IMG/VR virus record: IMGVR_UViG_3300042336_000257
Coordinates: 57,727 to 77,726 of that record
Origin: an uncultured virus (IMG/VR IMGVR_UViG_3300042336_000257)
Taxonomy: Duplodnaviria; Heunggongvirae; Uroviricota; Caudoviricetes
Direction: 5' to 3' (one strand)
Length of the DNA: 20,000 nucleotides
The notes under the pieces were generated by a model. That model searched no databases. It worked only from the letters and a program-made list of their open reading frames with translations, and had not been told where the DNA came from. Position numbers and translations under genes: made by a program. Position 1 is the first letter of the stretch, and every line of letters starts with the position of its first letter. Shown in pieces: positions 9,863 through 16,752 of this stretch.

Positions 9863-10519
9863 ATGGCATACTTTAGAGAACTACCAGATTTAGAATATCA
9901 ATCACCATTCTCGGATAGAAACTCTTCATTAGATTATGTAAGGGCAAAAAATATCTTTAGAAGAGTAAAAATCAGAGACGACTTACAGAAAGTTTTTACA
10001 ATATTCAACAAATATACCATTTCTGATGGTGCAAGACCTGATACAGTTGCAGAGGCACTATATGGAAAGTCAGAATTTGACTGGGTTGTACTCATCAGTG
10101 CTGGGATAGTTAATGTAAGAGATGAGTGGCCACTCTCAAACTATGATTTGTACAATTACAGTTATGAAAAATATGGAGATAATCTCAATGACACTAAATT
10201 TTATGAAACAATAGAAGTCAGAGATCCTAATGGAAGATTAATTCTCCCTGCTGGAAAAGTTGTTGATGCTAACTTTACAATTCCAGACCCAGCGAATAAA
10301 GTTCAAAATTTACAACAATCTAAAGTTGTTGTAGCAATTAATAATTATGAATATGAAGTTCGTAAGAATGAGGCAAAAAGAAACATTTATGTATTAAAAT
10401 CAGAATACTTACCAAGTTTCTTAACTGATATTAGAAAGATTATGACATATACAGAATCATCTCAATTTATTGATTCTAAGTTAATTAAGGCATCTAATAC
10501 TAGAATCAAGTCACCATAA
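9863..10519 (+). CDS. gp53: Baseplate wedge subunit gp53
   Basis: MAYFRELPDLEY...KNIFRR...Y.I.DGARPD.VA..LYG....DWVVL...EWP...NYEYE...NE.KRNI..LK. Confidence 0.9.
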   Translation: MAYFRELPDLEYQSPFSDRNSSLDYVRAKNIFRRVKIRDDLQKVFTIFNKYTISDGARPDTVAEALYGKSEFDWVVLISAGIVNVRDEWPLSNYDLYNYSYEKYGDNLNDTKFYETIEVRDPNGRLILPAGKVVDANFTIPDPANKVQNLQQSKVVVAINNYEYEVRKNEAKRNIYVLKSEYLPSFLTDIRKIMTYTESSQFIDSKLIKASNTRIKSP

Positions 10520-10540
10520 AAAAGGGGGCATATGCCCCCA
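10518..10540 (-). terminator. Rho-independent terminator of gp32, between convergent gp53 and gp32
   Basis: The minus strand reads TGGGGGCATATGCCCCC-TTTTTT, a GC stem followed by a U-tract. Confidence 0.85.
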
Positions 10541-10545
10541 GTGTA

Positions 10546-11469
10546 TCAGTCTTCGGCAAGACGGGCGAAGTAGGACAGAGCATCATCATCCTCATCTTCT
10601 TCAACCGCAGCAGCACGACGGGTGGGTTGAAGATTGTTGAGTTCAGTACGAAGATCCTCAGTTAGTTCGCGGGTCGAACCACGGGTGTTGTCCTCATCAA
10701 GATCTTCGGGGTCCTGATAACGAGGAGTACCTTTGGAACCAAGCACATAGTCAAGACGCTTCTTCAGTTCATCATAGGTCTTGAATTGGTCGGCAGCAAC
10801 GAGTTCGGCAAGCGAATACTGCTTCTTCCACACTGCTTCCATTGCATCATCATCGTCCAGCAGAGGAGCAGCAGCAGCAAACTCACTAGAATCATAGTTA
10901 CGATAACCAGCAACGTTCTTCGCCTTCAGTTTGAAGTTGGCACCTTGCCAGAAGTCAAACGGATCGATTGCTTCCTCATCTTCAAACTCGGGTTGCATCG
11001 CAGCAGTCAGTTTGTCGAAGATCTTTTTACCGAACTTGAACAGGAAGACCTTACCTTCGTTCGCAGGGTTGGCAGGATCTTTCACAACGTAAATGTTGCT
11101 CACATAAGTCAGTTTGCGCTTCTGCTTACGTGCCAGTTCCTTACCAGCATCAGTACCATTGTTCCACAGTTCAGAGTTGTACTCAGACACTGGATCCTTC
11201 TGACCCAGAGTAGTCAGAGAGTTCTCAATATACCAACCACCAGGACCTTGGAATGCGTGACTGTAGAGTTTCACGAACGGAAGGTCCTCACCGTTCGGAG
11301 CAGGGAGGAAACGGATTACGGCATAACCATTGCCGCTCTTATCTACATCCAGTTTCCAGATGCGGTCATCACTAGAACCGCTACCAGTATTCATTTTTTC
11401 AACTTCTTTGACCAGTTTAGCGGTCAGAGAGCCCAATTTAGATTGCTTCTTAAGGTCAGCAAAAGACAT
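10546..11469 (-). CDS. gp32: Single-stranded DNA-binding protein gp32
   Basis: DDRIWKL..DKSGNGYAVIRFLP...HAFQGPGGWYIENSLTT...KRKL.Y.SNI.VVKDP...FGKKIFDK...FDFWQGANFKLK...NYD.SEF, with an acidic C-terminal tail. Confidence 0.97.
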   Translation of the reverse strand: MSFADLKKQSKLGSLTAKLVKEVEKMNTGSGSSDDRIWKLDVDKSGNGYAVIRFLPAPNGEDLPFVKLYSHAFQGPGGWYIENSLTTLGQKDPVSEYNSELWNNGTDAGKELARKQKRKLTYVSNIYVVKDPANPANEGKVFLFKFGKKIFDKLTAAMQPEFEDEEAIDPFDFWQGANFKLKAKNVAGYRNYDSSEFAAAAPLLDDDDAMEAVWKKQYSLAELVAADQFKTYDELKKRLDYVLGSKGTPRYQDPEDLDEDNTRGSTRELTEDLRTELNNLQPTRRAAAVEEDEDDDALSYFARLAED

Positions 11470-11513
11470 TTGGATTACCTCGGATAGTTTGGATTCGGGG
11501 GATTTACTTGGAT

Positions 11514-11542
11514 ATTATAGCGAAGATTGAATCACCTGTCAA
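11514..11542 (-). promoter_or_regulatory. Perfect-consensus sigma70 promoter for gp32 (TTGACA-N17-TATAAT)
   Basis: Minus strand TTGACA (11542-11537), ggtgattcaatcttcgc, TATAAT (11519-11514). Confidence 0.9.
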
Positions 11543-11864
11543 TGAATTGTTTGAGGGATTCAATGGTCTTATTCATACTACTGAACAGTACTTGCATATC
11601 AGTCTCTGGTGGAAAACCCATCAATGCGACTGATTTGCGTAGGTTCTCTTTCATCTCAACCGCTTGTGGATCATCTGAAAGAGACAGTCTAGTATACATC
11701 ACTCTCTGCTTTTCTAGCAAGAGTTCTAACTTTTCAATGTGTTCCAGTTTGGTCTCACGGGGCATCATACCAAAAGTGAGAATACTTCCGTATATCTCCT
11801 CTTGTAACTTATTGATTTCTTTCAGTTCATCTTGAATAATATCGGAGTCAAAAAAGTTACTCAT
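11532..11864 (-). CDS. Conserved cyanophage/cyanobacterial protein (DUF1825-like)
   Basis: MSNFFDSDIIQDEL...LLEKQRVMYTRLSLSDDPQA..MK, in the usual position upstream of gp32. Confidence 0.75.
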   Translation of the reverse strand: MSNFFDSDIIQDELKEINKLQEEIYGSILTFGMMPRETKLEHIEKLELLLEKQRVMYTRLSLSDDPQAVEMKENLRKSVALMGFPPETDMQVLFSSMNKTIESLKQFIDR

Positions 11865-11916
11865 CTATGATTTCCCTTAAAATCTTCTTGTACTGGAATA
11901 CGTCAATATTTATGAA
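11857..11916 (-). pseudogene. Stranded original 3' end of gp59 (FINIDVFQYKKILREIIDE*)
   Basis: The translation matches the current gp59 C-terminus FLQIDIFNYKKILREIIS at 13 of 18 positions. It is preceded in frame by a stop and overlaps the next gene's ATG as a native gene end would. Confidence 0.8.
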
Positions 11917-12215
11917 TTATTCTTTAATGCTCTTTTTCTTTCTCTTGCCCGTTCCTTACGGTTTTCCCTATCTTTTTGATTTTCCCAATATCTCTTTTTC
12001 TCCCTAGCTCGTCTAGCTAAAACTTGCTCCTCAGTCAAACCTTTTGCCCATCTCTTCTTTTCATAATCTGGATTTTTATCTCTCCACTTTTTTCTAGATT
12101 GTTCTTTTTGAACCTCTCTAGATGGAAAATTTTCCCAATTTTCGTCCTTTATATCTTCTATAAAATCAGGACCATCAATATTAAGAGCAAGATTAATACT
12201 CGATACATTTAACAT
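11910..12215 (-). CDS. Basic, helical hypothetical protein carried on an insertion (possible homing-endonuclease-derived DNA-binding protein)
   Basis: 101-aa ORF with an R/K/E-rich C-terminal half (KKWRDKNPDY, KRYWENQKD). No HNH, GIY-YIG or LAGLIDADG motif is visible. Confidence 0.6.
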   Translation of the reverse strand: MLNVSSINLALNIDGPDFIEDIKDENWENFPSREVQKEQSRKKWRDKNPDYEKKRWAKGLTEEQVLARRAREKKRYWENQKDRENRKERARERKRALKNNS

Positions 12216-12224
12216 ATTCTTTTA

Positions 12225-12291
12225 GTAGGGGTAATATTATTTAGGCGGGACTTACGCAAGTCAAATACCCCTACCCGACTTTGCTGCCCGC
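12225..12291 (-). promoter_or_regulatory. Structured leader containing late promoter CTAAATA (12244-12238)
   Basis: Complementary segments GTAGGGGTA/TACCCCTAC, GACTT/AAGTC and GCGGG/CCCGC within a GC-rich 67-nt intergenic stretch. Confidence 0.6.
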
Positions 12292-12294
12292 ACT

Positions 12295-12888
12295 CTATGA
12301 AATTATTTCTCTAAGAATTTTTTTATAGTTAAAAATATCTATTTGAAGAAATGGTGAATATTTTTTAATTTTAAGAGAAACACACTCCCACACTGGGTCC
12401 AAAAGTTTTTCATCAAACGTCTTCCCGAACAGGAATATTTTATCATATATGACCAGTGTTTCAAGGCTAATCTTCCCGCTCAGGAATTTTTTTAGAACGG
12501 GTGGATGTCCTTTGGAACAATTCAACGCATCCTCTAATTTTGTTTCCGAGAACAATTCGTTGCTTTGCTCTTTGAACAAGTAAGTCAAACTCTGCTGTCG
12601 TCTCATCCATTCTTGATATGTTCTTTCTCCTTCGTTTATTAAAGAACCAATCCATAAATTACTCGGGTTGTCTGCTTCTACAAAGTTTGATACTAAGAAA
12701 TCTACGACTTCTTTATCAGAATATTTGCGACTTGTCTTCTCGAACCAGTATTTGTCCTTGCGTTTGTTGAAGGATGTCATACTGGCACGGGTCTTCGCAC
12801 CATATTTAAAGAAATCGTATTTTGGGTTTGTGAAATGATTTTTAAGTGACAAATAATGTTGATAAGTTTCAAAGGGTGTCACGATCAT
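12295..12888 (-). CDS. gp59: Helicase loader gp59
   Basis: TPFETYQHYLSLKNHFT..KYDFFKY.......SF.KRKDKY.FEK..RK...ISLETLV, downstream of gp33. Confidence 0.9.
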   Translation of the reverse strand: MIVTPFETYQHYLSLKNHFTNPKYDFFKYGAKTRASMTSFNKRKDKYWFEKTSRKYSDKEVVDFLVSNFVEADNPSNLWIGSLINEGERTYQEWMRRQQSLTYLFKEQSNELFSETKLEDALNCSKGHPPVLKKFLSGKISLETLVIYDKIFLFGKTFDEKLLDPVWECVSLKIKKYSPFLQIDIFNYKKILREIIS

Positions 12889-13145
12889 AAAGGCAATCTT
12901 GCTCTTGATGTTTTCTTCATAAAGTTAAGACGAGTGGCATCCCACTTGAGTCTTTCTTTTAAAGGTTTTGAAATGAGTTTCGTAACTGATTCTACCTCAA
13001 GACTATTGACTTCGCAATAGTGACAAATAGCATCAATATAATTCAGATTTTCTTCAGCAACAATTTTCTCAATCTCAAGAGCAAACTTGGAAGGGGTTAA
13101 AAATTTACTTTCTATTGCCTGTTCTAATTCTTTATTTGGTTCCAT
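12885..13145 (-). CDS. gp33: Late promoter transcription coactivator gp33
   Basis: KF..EIE.IV......YIDAI.HYCE...EVES..KLISKPLKE.LK.DA..LNF. The likely start is the ATG at 13145 (MEPNKEL...), not the longer ORF start at 13250. Confidence 0.88.
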   Translation of the reverse strand: MEPNKELEQAIESKFLTPSKFALEIEKIVAEENLNYIDAICHYCEVNSLEVESVTKLISKPLKERLKWDATRLNFMKKTSRARLPL

Positions 13146-13812
13146 AGAGTTCCAGTTTATCTCTAACAAACTTTCTAATGTATTCTGTGAGAAGTTTGAT
13201 GTATTTTGATTTGTCTCGTTCTTCATAGACGACGCATTCTCCATTTTCACAAGCCATAATGATTACAAGTTTTTTGACTGAAATACCAGTCAGTTCGTAG
13301 AGCATACAACCATATGCCATACACTGAACAAAATAATGTTCAATCCACTCGCGTGGTTTTGGTTTTTTAGAAGTCTTAAAGTCGATTATCGCTAACTCGC
13401 CGTCATATTCGGCAATACAATCAACTGTCCCAGCAATGCCTAGTTGCTTACTATATAGGGACCCTTCAAGGGCGTAAATATTATTTATACGATTTAAATC
13501 AGTTTTTGCAATCTTAAAAAGAAAATCAGAGATTGGTTGAACTTCTGGTAGTTCTTCATTTTTGAGATGATGTTCCACAAGAAGGTGCATATCAGTTCCA
13601 CGACTTGTTGCCGCTTTTGTGACACGCTCTGCTTCTTCTTCACCAACTTTTTTACGCCACTTAATAAAGATTTCTTTATTAAAATGACTGGTCACCGAAG
13701 TGATGGAGACCAGTCGTACAAGTTCTTCTTCGTCAGGAACTTTATAATAACGAACACCATCTATAGTCTCCCTTTCAAGTTCAGGGAGCGTCACATCAAC
13801 ATGTTTGAACAT
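13132..13812 (-). CDS. Cas4-like / PD-(D/E)xK exonuclease
   Basis: SITSVT...W...VG..EA......A..RGT.MH...E..LYS.....AGTVDCIAEY.G.L.IIDFKTS...YF.Q...Y. Confidence 0.88.
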   Translation of the reverse strand: MFKHVDVTLPELERETIDGVRYYKVPDEEELVRLVSITSVTSHFNKEIFIKWRKKVGEEEAERVTKAATSRGTDMHLLVEHHLKNEELPEVQPISDFLFKIAKTDLNRINNIYALEGSLYSKQLGIAGTVDCIAEYDGELAIIDFKTSKKPKPREWIEHYFVQCMAYGCMLYELTGISVKKLVIIMACENGECVVYEERDKSKYIKLLTEYIRKFVRDKLELYGTK

Positions 13813-14570
13813 TACATACCTGCTTCCATTTTTGCGATGATGTATTCTTTAACAAGTCCAGAACGAACAATATCTTCTACACCAAATTCAATTATATCAA
13901 AAGAAGGCATTTTACGCAAGATGTTCATAAAATCTACAATACCATTACGTTCATTTGTTTTTTGCAAGTCTGATTGAGTAGCATCACCACAGAAACAAAT
14001 TTTGGTATTTTCACCCACACGAGTAATAATAGAATCGAGTTCGTGGAAGTTTAGATTTTGGAATTCATCAACAATGACGATAGCATTATCAAGAGTTGTT
14101 CCACGGAGGAATGAAGTGCTCCAGAACTTAATAGTTTCTTGTGACTTCAAATTGCCATAGAGCATTTCAAAGTCAGCATCAGAAGGCATCTGGAACATAT
14201 ACTTCACCATATTCTTATAAGGAATCTGGTAAATGTCTGCTTTATCTTCATGAGATCCAGGAAGGAATCCAATCTCACGAGTTGCTACAAGAGAACGAAC
14301 GATATAAACTTTTTCATAAGGGGTTCTTTCATCAAGAACATCCATTAAAGCATTATAAAGAGTAATAAAAGTTTTACCAGTTCCAGCACATCCATAAGCA
14401 ACTAAATGCTTTTCATCTTGATAGGAATCAAAAAACTTTTTCTGATTATCTGTAATTGGTTCAATATCGACCAAGTAATCAGAACTTAGAGGCTTTCTCC
14501 TCTTCATTTGCTTTGCAGTCAAACCAACACCAATAGGTTGGATGTCATTGCCTCTTTTTCTTCTTGCCAT
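13812..14570 (-). CDS. phoH: PhoH-family protein
   Basis: G.AGTGKTF Walker A, REIGFLPG, SFLRGTT, IVDEFQN, TRVGE..K..FCGD..QSDL, DIVRSGLV. Confidence 0.96.
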   Translation of the reverse strand: MARRKRGNDIQPIGVGLTAKQMKRRKPLSSDYLVDIEPITDNQKKFFDSYQDEKHLVAYGCAGTGKTFITLYNALMDVLDERTPYEKVYIVRSLVATREIGFLPGSHEDKADIYQIPYKNMVKYMFQMPSDADFEMLYGNLKSQETIKFWSTSFLRGTTLDNAIVIVDEFQNLNFHELDSIITRVGENTKICFCGDATQSDLQKTNERNGIVDFMNILRKMPSFDIIEFGVEDIVRSGLVKEYIIAKMEAGM

Positions 14571-14818
14571 TAGAGTTTCTTTACAGTAGAACCAGGAGCT
14601 TTTGCTGCTTTTGCAAGCACATCATTCCATCCAGGATTGCGATTGATAAGTTTGTCCCTCCACTCACCAACTTCTCCAGCGCCAGGACAAGTTGATGGGT
14701 CAGACCAATCTCTGTCCCAATCTGGATTATCTTTTTTCCACTGGTCCCAGGCGTGGATACTCATTTCCACTTCTTTCTGTTCGCCAGTGGTTTTGTTAAT
14801 AACAGGATAAGTCGCCAT
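14570..14818 (-). CDS. Conserved cyanophage hypothetical protein
   Basis: 82-aa ORF MATYPVINKTTGEQKE...W...NPDW...GWNDVL..., translationally coupled to phoH; CTAAATA upstream at 14842-14848. Confidence 0.8.
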   Translation of the reverse strand: MATYPVINKTTGEQKEVEMSIHAWDQWKKDNPDWDRDWSDPSTCPGAGEVGEWRDKLINRNPGWNDVLAKAAKAPGSTVKKL

Positions 14819-14858
14819 AAAGTTACGAAATCAAGATAATTTATTTAGAATGAAAGTT

Positions 14859-15233
14859 TTACTCTTCTACTGTTTCCACATCAACAACTTCTTGAGATTC
14901 CCAAGGTAAAGTATCATACTTTTCGGTTGTTGATGCTGATTTTTGAGCATCAATTATAGAAGATAATCTGAATTGCTTATTCGCAATCTCTTCTTCCCCA
15001 ATTAAAGTCTCAACCCAAGAAATAATTTGTTCCTCAGTTAAATCAGAATACTCAGTAAAATCATCTTCAGCAGCTGAAGGCAATTCTAGAGTACCTCTTT
15101 CATCAGCAGTAAAAGTAGTTTCATTCACTTTTTCTGTAGCAGTGTAAATCCATTCTACAGAACTAACTGCACCAGATAATCCTGCAGTATTATAATTCAA
15201 TGCATGAATTTTCCAAGAATATTTGACAGACAT
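14859..15233 (-). CDS. Acidic hypothetical protein
   Basis: 124-aa ORF (Y.W.I...F..Y.DLTEEQ...WV...LPW), preceded by an ATAAATA motif at 15257-15263. Confidence 0.7.
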   Translation of the reverse strand: MSVKYSWKIHALNYNTAGLSGAVSSVEWIYTATEKVNETTFTADERGTLELPSAAEDDFTEYSDLTEEQIISWVETLIGEEEIANKQFRLSSIIDAQKSASTTEKYDTLPWESQEVVDVETVEE

Positions 15234-15255
15234 CTTTGAACATTTAAGAGTAAAA

Positions 15256-15894
15256 TTATTTATTCCACTCTAACGCTTCTGAGACTGATGGAAATTGTTC
15301 GGTAAATATTTTCTTACACTCAAGAGCAATATCCATGTGTTCTTTCTGAGTTCCATTTGCAGAACGAAGATTGATATAATGAATCCATGACCTGCATGAT
15401 CCCGACATATAAATGCGTGTAGGCGTCGCTAAGGGCAGTACAAACCTTGCACACTCCTTTGCTACTCCATGAGCAAGAAGTTCCTTATAGAGTTGCATAG
15501 AGTGTGCAAAATGGTCTTGAATCTTACTCTGTAGAGTCAGTTTCTCATACTCAGAAATGTCGTCAATAGAGTTCTGACGATTCTTGGTATCTTGACGACG
15601 AAGTTCAGGTACAGGAATATAATCGCTCAACAAAGAAGAATCTGCATAACGCTGCGAAAATTCTTGATATGTGAAAGAACGGTGCCTCAAAATTTGAGCT
15701 GCGATACCACGATTTGTTTCGATCTCAAGAGTCATAAAAGACTGCTCAAAAACAGACCAATGATTATGCTTAATGCAATAAGCAAGCAACTTGGCATAGT
15801 TTTCGTTGTCTTGATTCGCAGGGTTGCTAACTCTAGCAACATATGCCATTGTTTTTTCTGCATCTGGGGTCACGCTAATGAGTTTTACTGTCAT
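15256..15894 (-). CDS. thyX: Flavin-dependent thymidylate synthase ThyX
   Basis: HWSVFEQ, RHRSFTYQEFSQRY (RHRx7S motif), GVAKECARFVLP, RSWIHY..LR....TQKEH. Confidence 0.96.
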   Translation of the reverse strand: MTVKLISVTPDAEKTMAYVARVSNPANQDNENYAKLLAYCIKHNHWSVFEQSFMTLEIETNRGIAAQILRHRSFTYQEFSQRYADSSLLSDYIPVPELRRQDTKNRQNSIDDISEYEKLTLQSKIQDHFAHSMQLYKELLAHGVAKECARFVLPLATPTRIYMSGSCRSWIHYINLRSANGTQKEHMDIALECKKIFTEQFPSVSEALEWNK

Positions 15895-16058
15895 TTCTTT
15901 CCAAATCCTTTTGATGTTTTTGCTTCGAGTTCTGAAAGTTCTTCTTCCAGAATCCTTAATTGTGATTTCATTTCAATCAATTGCTCAGCAGAATATAAAT
16001 GCTCTTGTTTAATCAATCTACGGAGCAATTTCATCATTTTTCTTGCCCTATTAGTCAT
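15891..16058 (-). CDS. Small conserved coiled-coil hypothetical protein (55 aa)
   Basis: Read by hand as MTNRARKMMKLLRRLIKQEHLYSAEQLIEMKSQLRILEEELSELEAKTSKGFGKK; ATGA overlap with thyX. Confidence 0.75.
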   Translation of the reverse strand: MTNRARKMMKLLRRLIKQEHLYSAEQLIEMKSQLRILEEELSELEAKTSKGFGKK

Positions 16059-16224
16059 CTAAATCAGAATCCTCAAAAATTTCGTCGTAATCTAACATTG
16101 GTCTTTTTCTGACTTCTGGATTTGTATAAGAATATGCAGATACATCAGAATAAACTTCTGCTTTCAGAGAATCAACCAAGAGTTCTAGATTACGGACAAT
16201 AAGTTTTAGTTTGTCTTTATCCAT
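16051..16224 (-). CDS. Small conserved hypothetical protein (57 aa)
   Basis: Read by hand as MDKDKLKLIVRNLELLVDSLKAEVYSDVSAYSYTNPEVRKRPMLDYDEIFEDSDLDD; it overlaps the start of the next gene. Confidence 0.75.
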   Translation of the reverse strand: MDKDKLKLIVRNLELLVDSLKAEVYSDVSAYSYTNPEVRKRPMLDYDEIFEDSDLDD

Positions 16225-16245
16225 AAGATACTATTCTCTTTCAAT

Positions 16246-16274
16246 ATTTTAACATAAAAAAAGGAGGGAATCAA
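16246..16274 (-). promoter_or_regulatory. sigma70-type promoter (TTGATT-N17-TAAAAT with extended -10 TG) overlapping the terminator
   Basis: The -35 box lies in the terminator loop (16274-16269) and the -10 box at 16251-16246, upstream of the thyX operon. Confidence 0.55.
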
Positions 16275-16283
16275 CCCTCCTTT
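16256..16283 (-). terminator. Rho-independent terminator closing the riboswitch/DUF4278 unit
   Basis: AAAGGAGGG-TTGATT-CCCTCC-TTTTTTT on the minus strand. Confidence 0.85.
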
Positions 16284-16286
16284 ACT

Positions 16287-16388
16287 TCAAGCAACTTGTG
16301 GTTGCTTCGCCATATTCAGTTGTGCGTTATGAAGGAGTTTTTCCTTTTTTGCTTTGAGTTTGAGATAGCGAACGAAGTAAGTGTTCAT
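16287..16388 (-). CDS. Small basic peptide (33 aa)
   Basis: MNTYFVRYLKLKAKKEKLLHNAQLNMAKQPQVA; GGAGG Shine-Dalgarno and ATGA coupling to the upstream ORF. Confidence 0.65.
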   Translation of the reverse strand: MNTYFVRYLKLKAKKEKLLHNAQLNMAKQPQVA

Positions 16389-16549
16389 TTTGCACCTCCC
16401 TTAGTTTTAGACATAGAGAGTTTGTTTCCATTTTCATCAACGTAAAACATAGTACCACGATAAATTTCTACGTGGGGTTCAATTTTAAACGTTTGATTTG
16501 GACGTTCTGCGGTATCATATTCGACACCACGATATACGACTTTAGACAT
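16385..16549 (-). CDS. DUF4278-like small protein (54 aa)
   Basis: MSKVVYRGVEYDTAERPNQTFKIEPHVEIYRGTMFYVDENGNKLSMSKTKGGAK has two YRG motifs typical of DUF4278; AAGGAG SD at 16563-16558. Confidence 0.75.
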   Translation of the reverse strand: MSKVVYRGVEYDTAERPNQTFKIEPHVEIYRGTMFYVDENGNKLSMSKTKGGAK

Positions 16550-16580
16550 TAGGTTTTCTCCTTAATTTTGAGGCTAAAGA

Positions 16581-16750
16581 GCGTTCCTTCAGTCGGCTTT
16601 TGCGTCTATGAATTTACAAGTTCTTGGAGATCCTTCTTTAAAGATCTGAATAAGTTCAGATCTTGCAGGCTCATCCATTTTTAGTTTTACATTACTAATA
16701 AGTCTTTGAGCCTCAATGCAAGTCCAGAGAATTGTTTCCATAGATGAACG
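16581..16750 (-). ncRNA. glnA-type (glutamine riboswitch-like) aptamer 2, with P2 expanded by an ORF
   Basis: CGTTC-A-TCTATG...CATAGA-CGCAAAAGCCGACTGAAG-GAACG-C: P1 is CGTTC/GAACG and P2 is TCTATG/CATAGA. Confidence 0.75.
16589..16741 (-). CDS. Small two-Cys hypothetical protein (50 aa) nested in aptamer 2
   Basis: Read by hand as METILWTCIEAQRLISNVKLKMDEPARSELIQIFKEGSPRTCKFIDAKAD. Confidence 0.65.
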   Translation of the reverse strand: METILWTCIEAQRLISNVKLKMDEPARSELIQIFKEGSPRTCKFIDAKAD

Positions 16751-16752
16751 AT

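Noticed and set aside
10546..11469. Higher GC in gp32 as a sign of horizontal acquisition
   Set aside because: This is better explained by codon optimisation in a highly expressed core gene at its normal position.
10786..11487. 233-aa plus-strand ORF antisense to gp32
   Set aside because: It is a shadow frame produced by the biased codon usage of highly expressed gp32, with no recognisable motif or SD.
12225..12294. HDV-like (theta) ribozyme call
   Set aside because: The helix order is similar, but P1 is short, there is no GG/CC P1.1 pairing and no P4. It is kept only as an unassigned structure.
11857..12350. Group I intron splitting gp59
   Set aside because: gp59 is complete with its own stop before the insert, and no group I core (P3/P7) is visible in the short non-coding part.
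13146..13250. N-terminal extension of gp33 in the ORF track
   Set aside because: It overlaps the exonuclease by over 100 nt; the ATG at 13145 gives a normal-sized gp33.
13132..13812. CRISPR-Cas system suggested by the Cas4-like nuclease
   Set aside because: There is no repeat-spacer array or other cas gene. This exonuclease is a standard neighbour of phoH and gp33 in T4-like cyanophages.
15592..16062. Plus-strand ORFs opposite thyX, and the other short antisense or alternative-frame ORFs in the track
   Set aside because: All overlap well-supported genes and show no motifs or translation signals.
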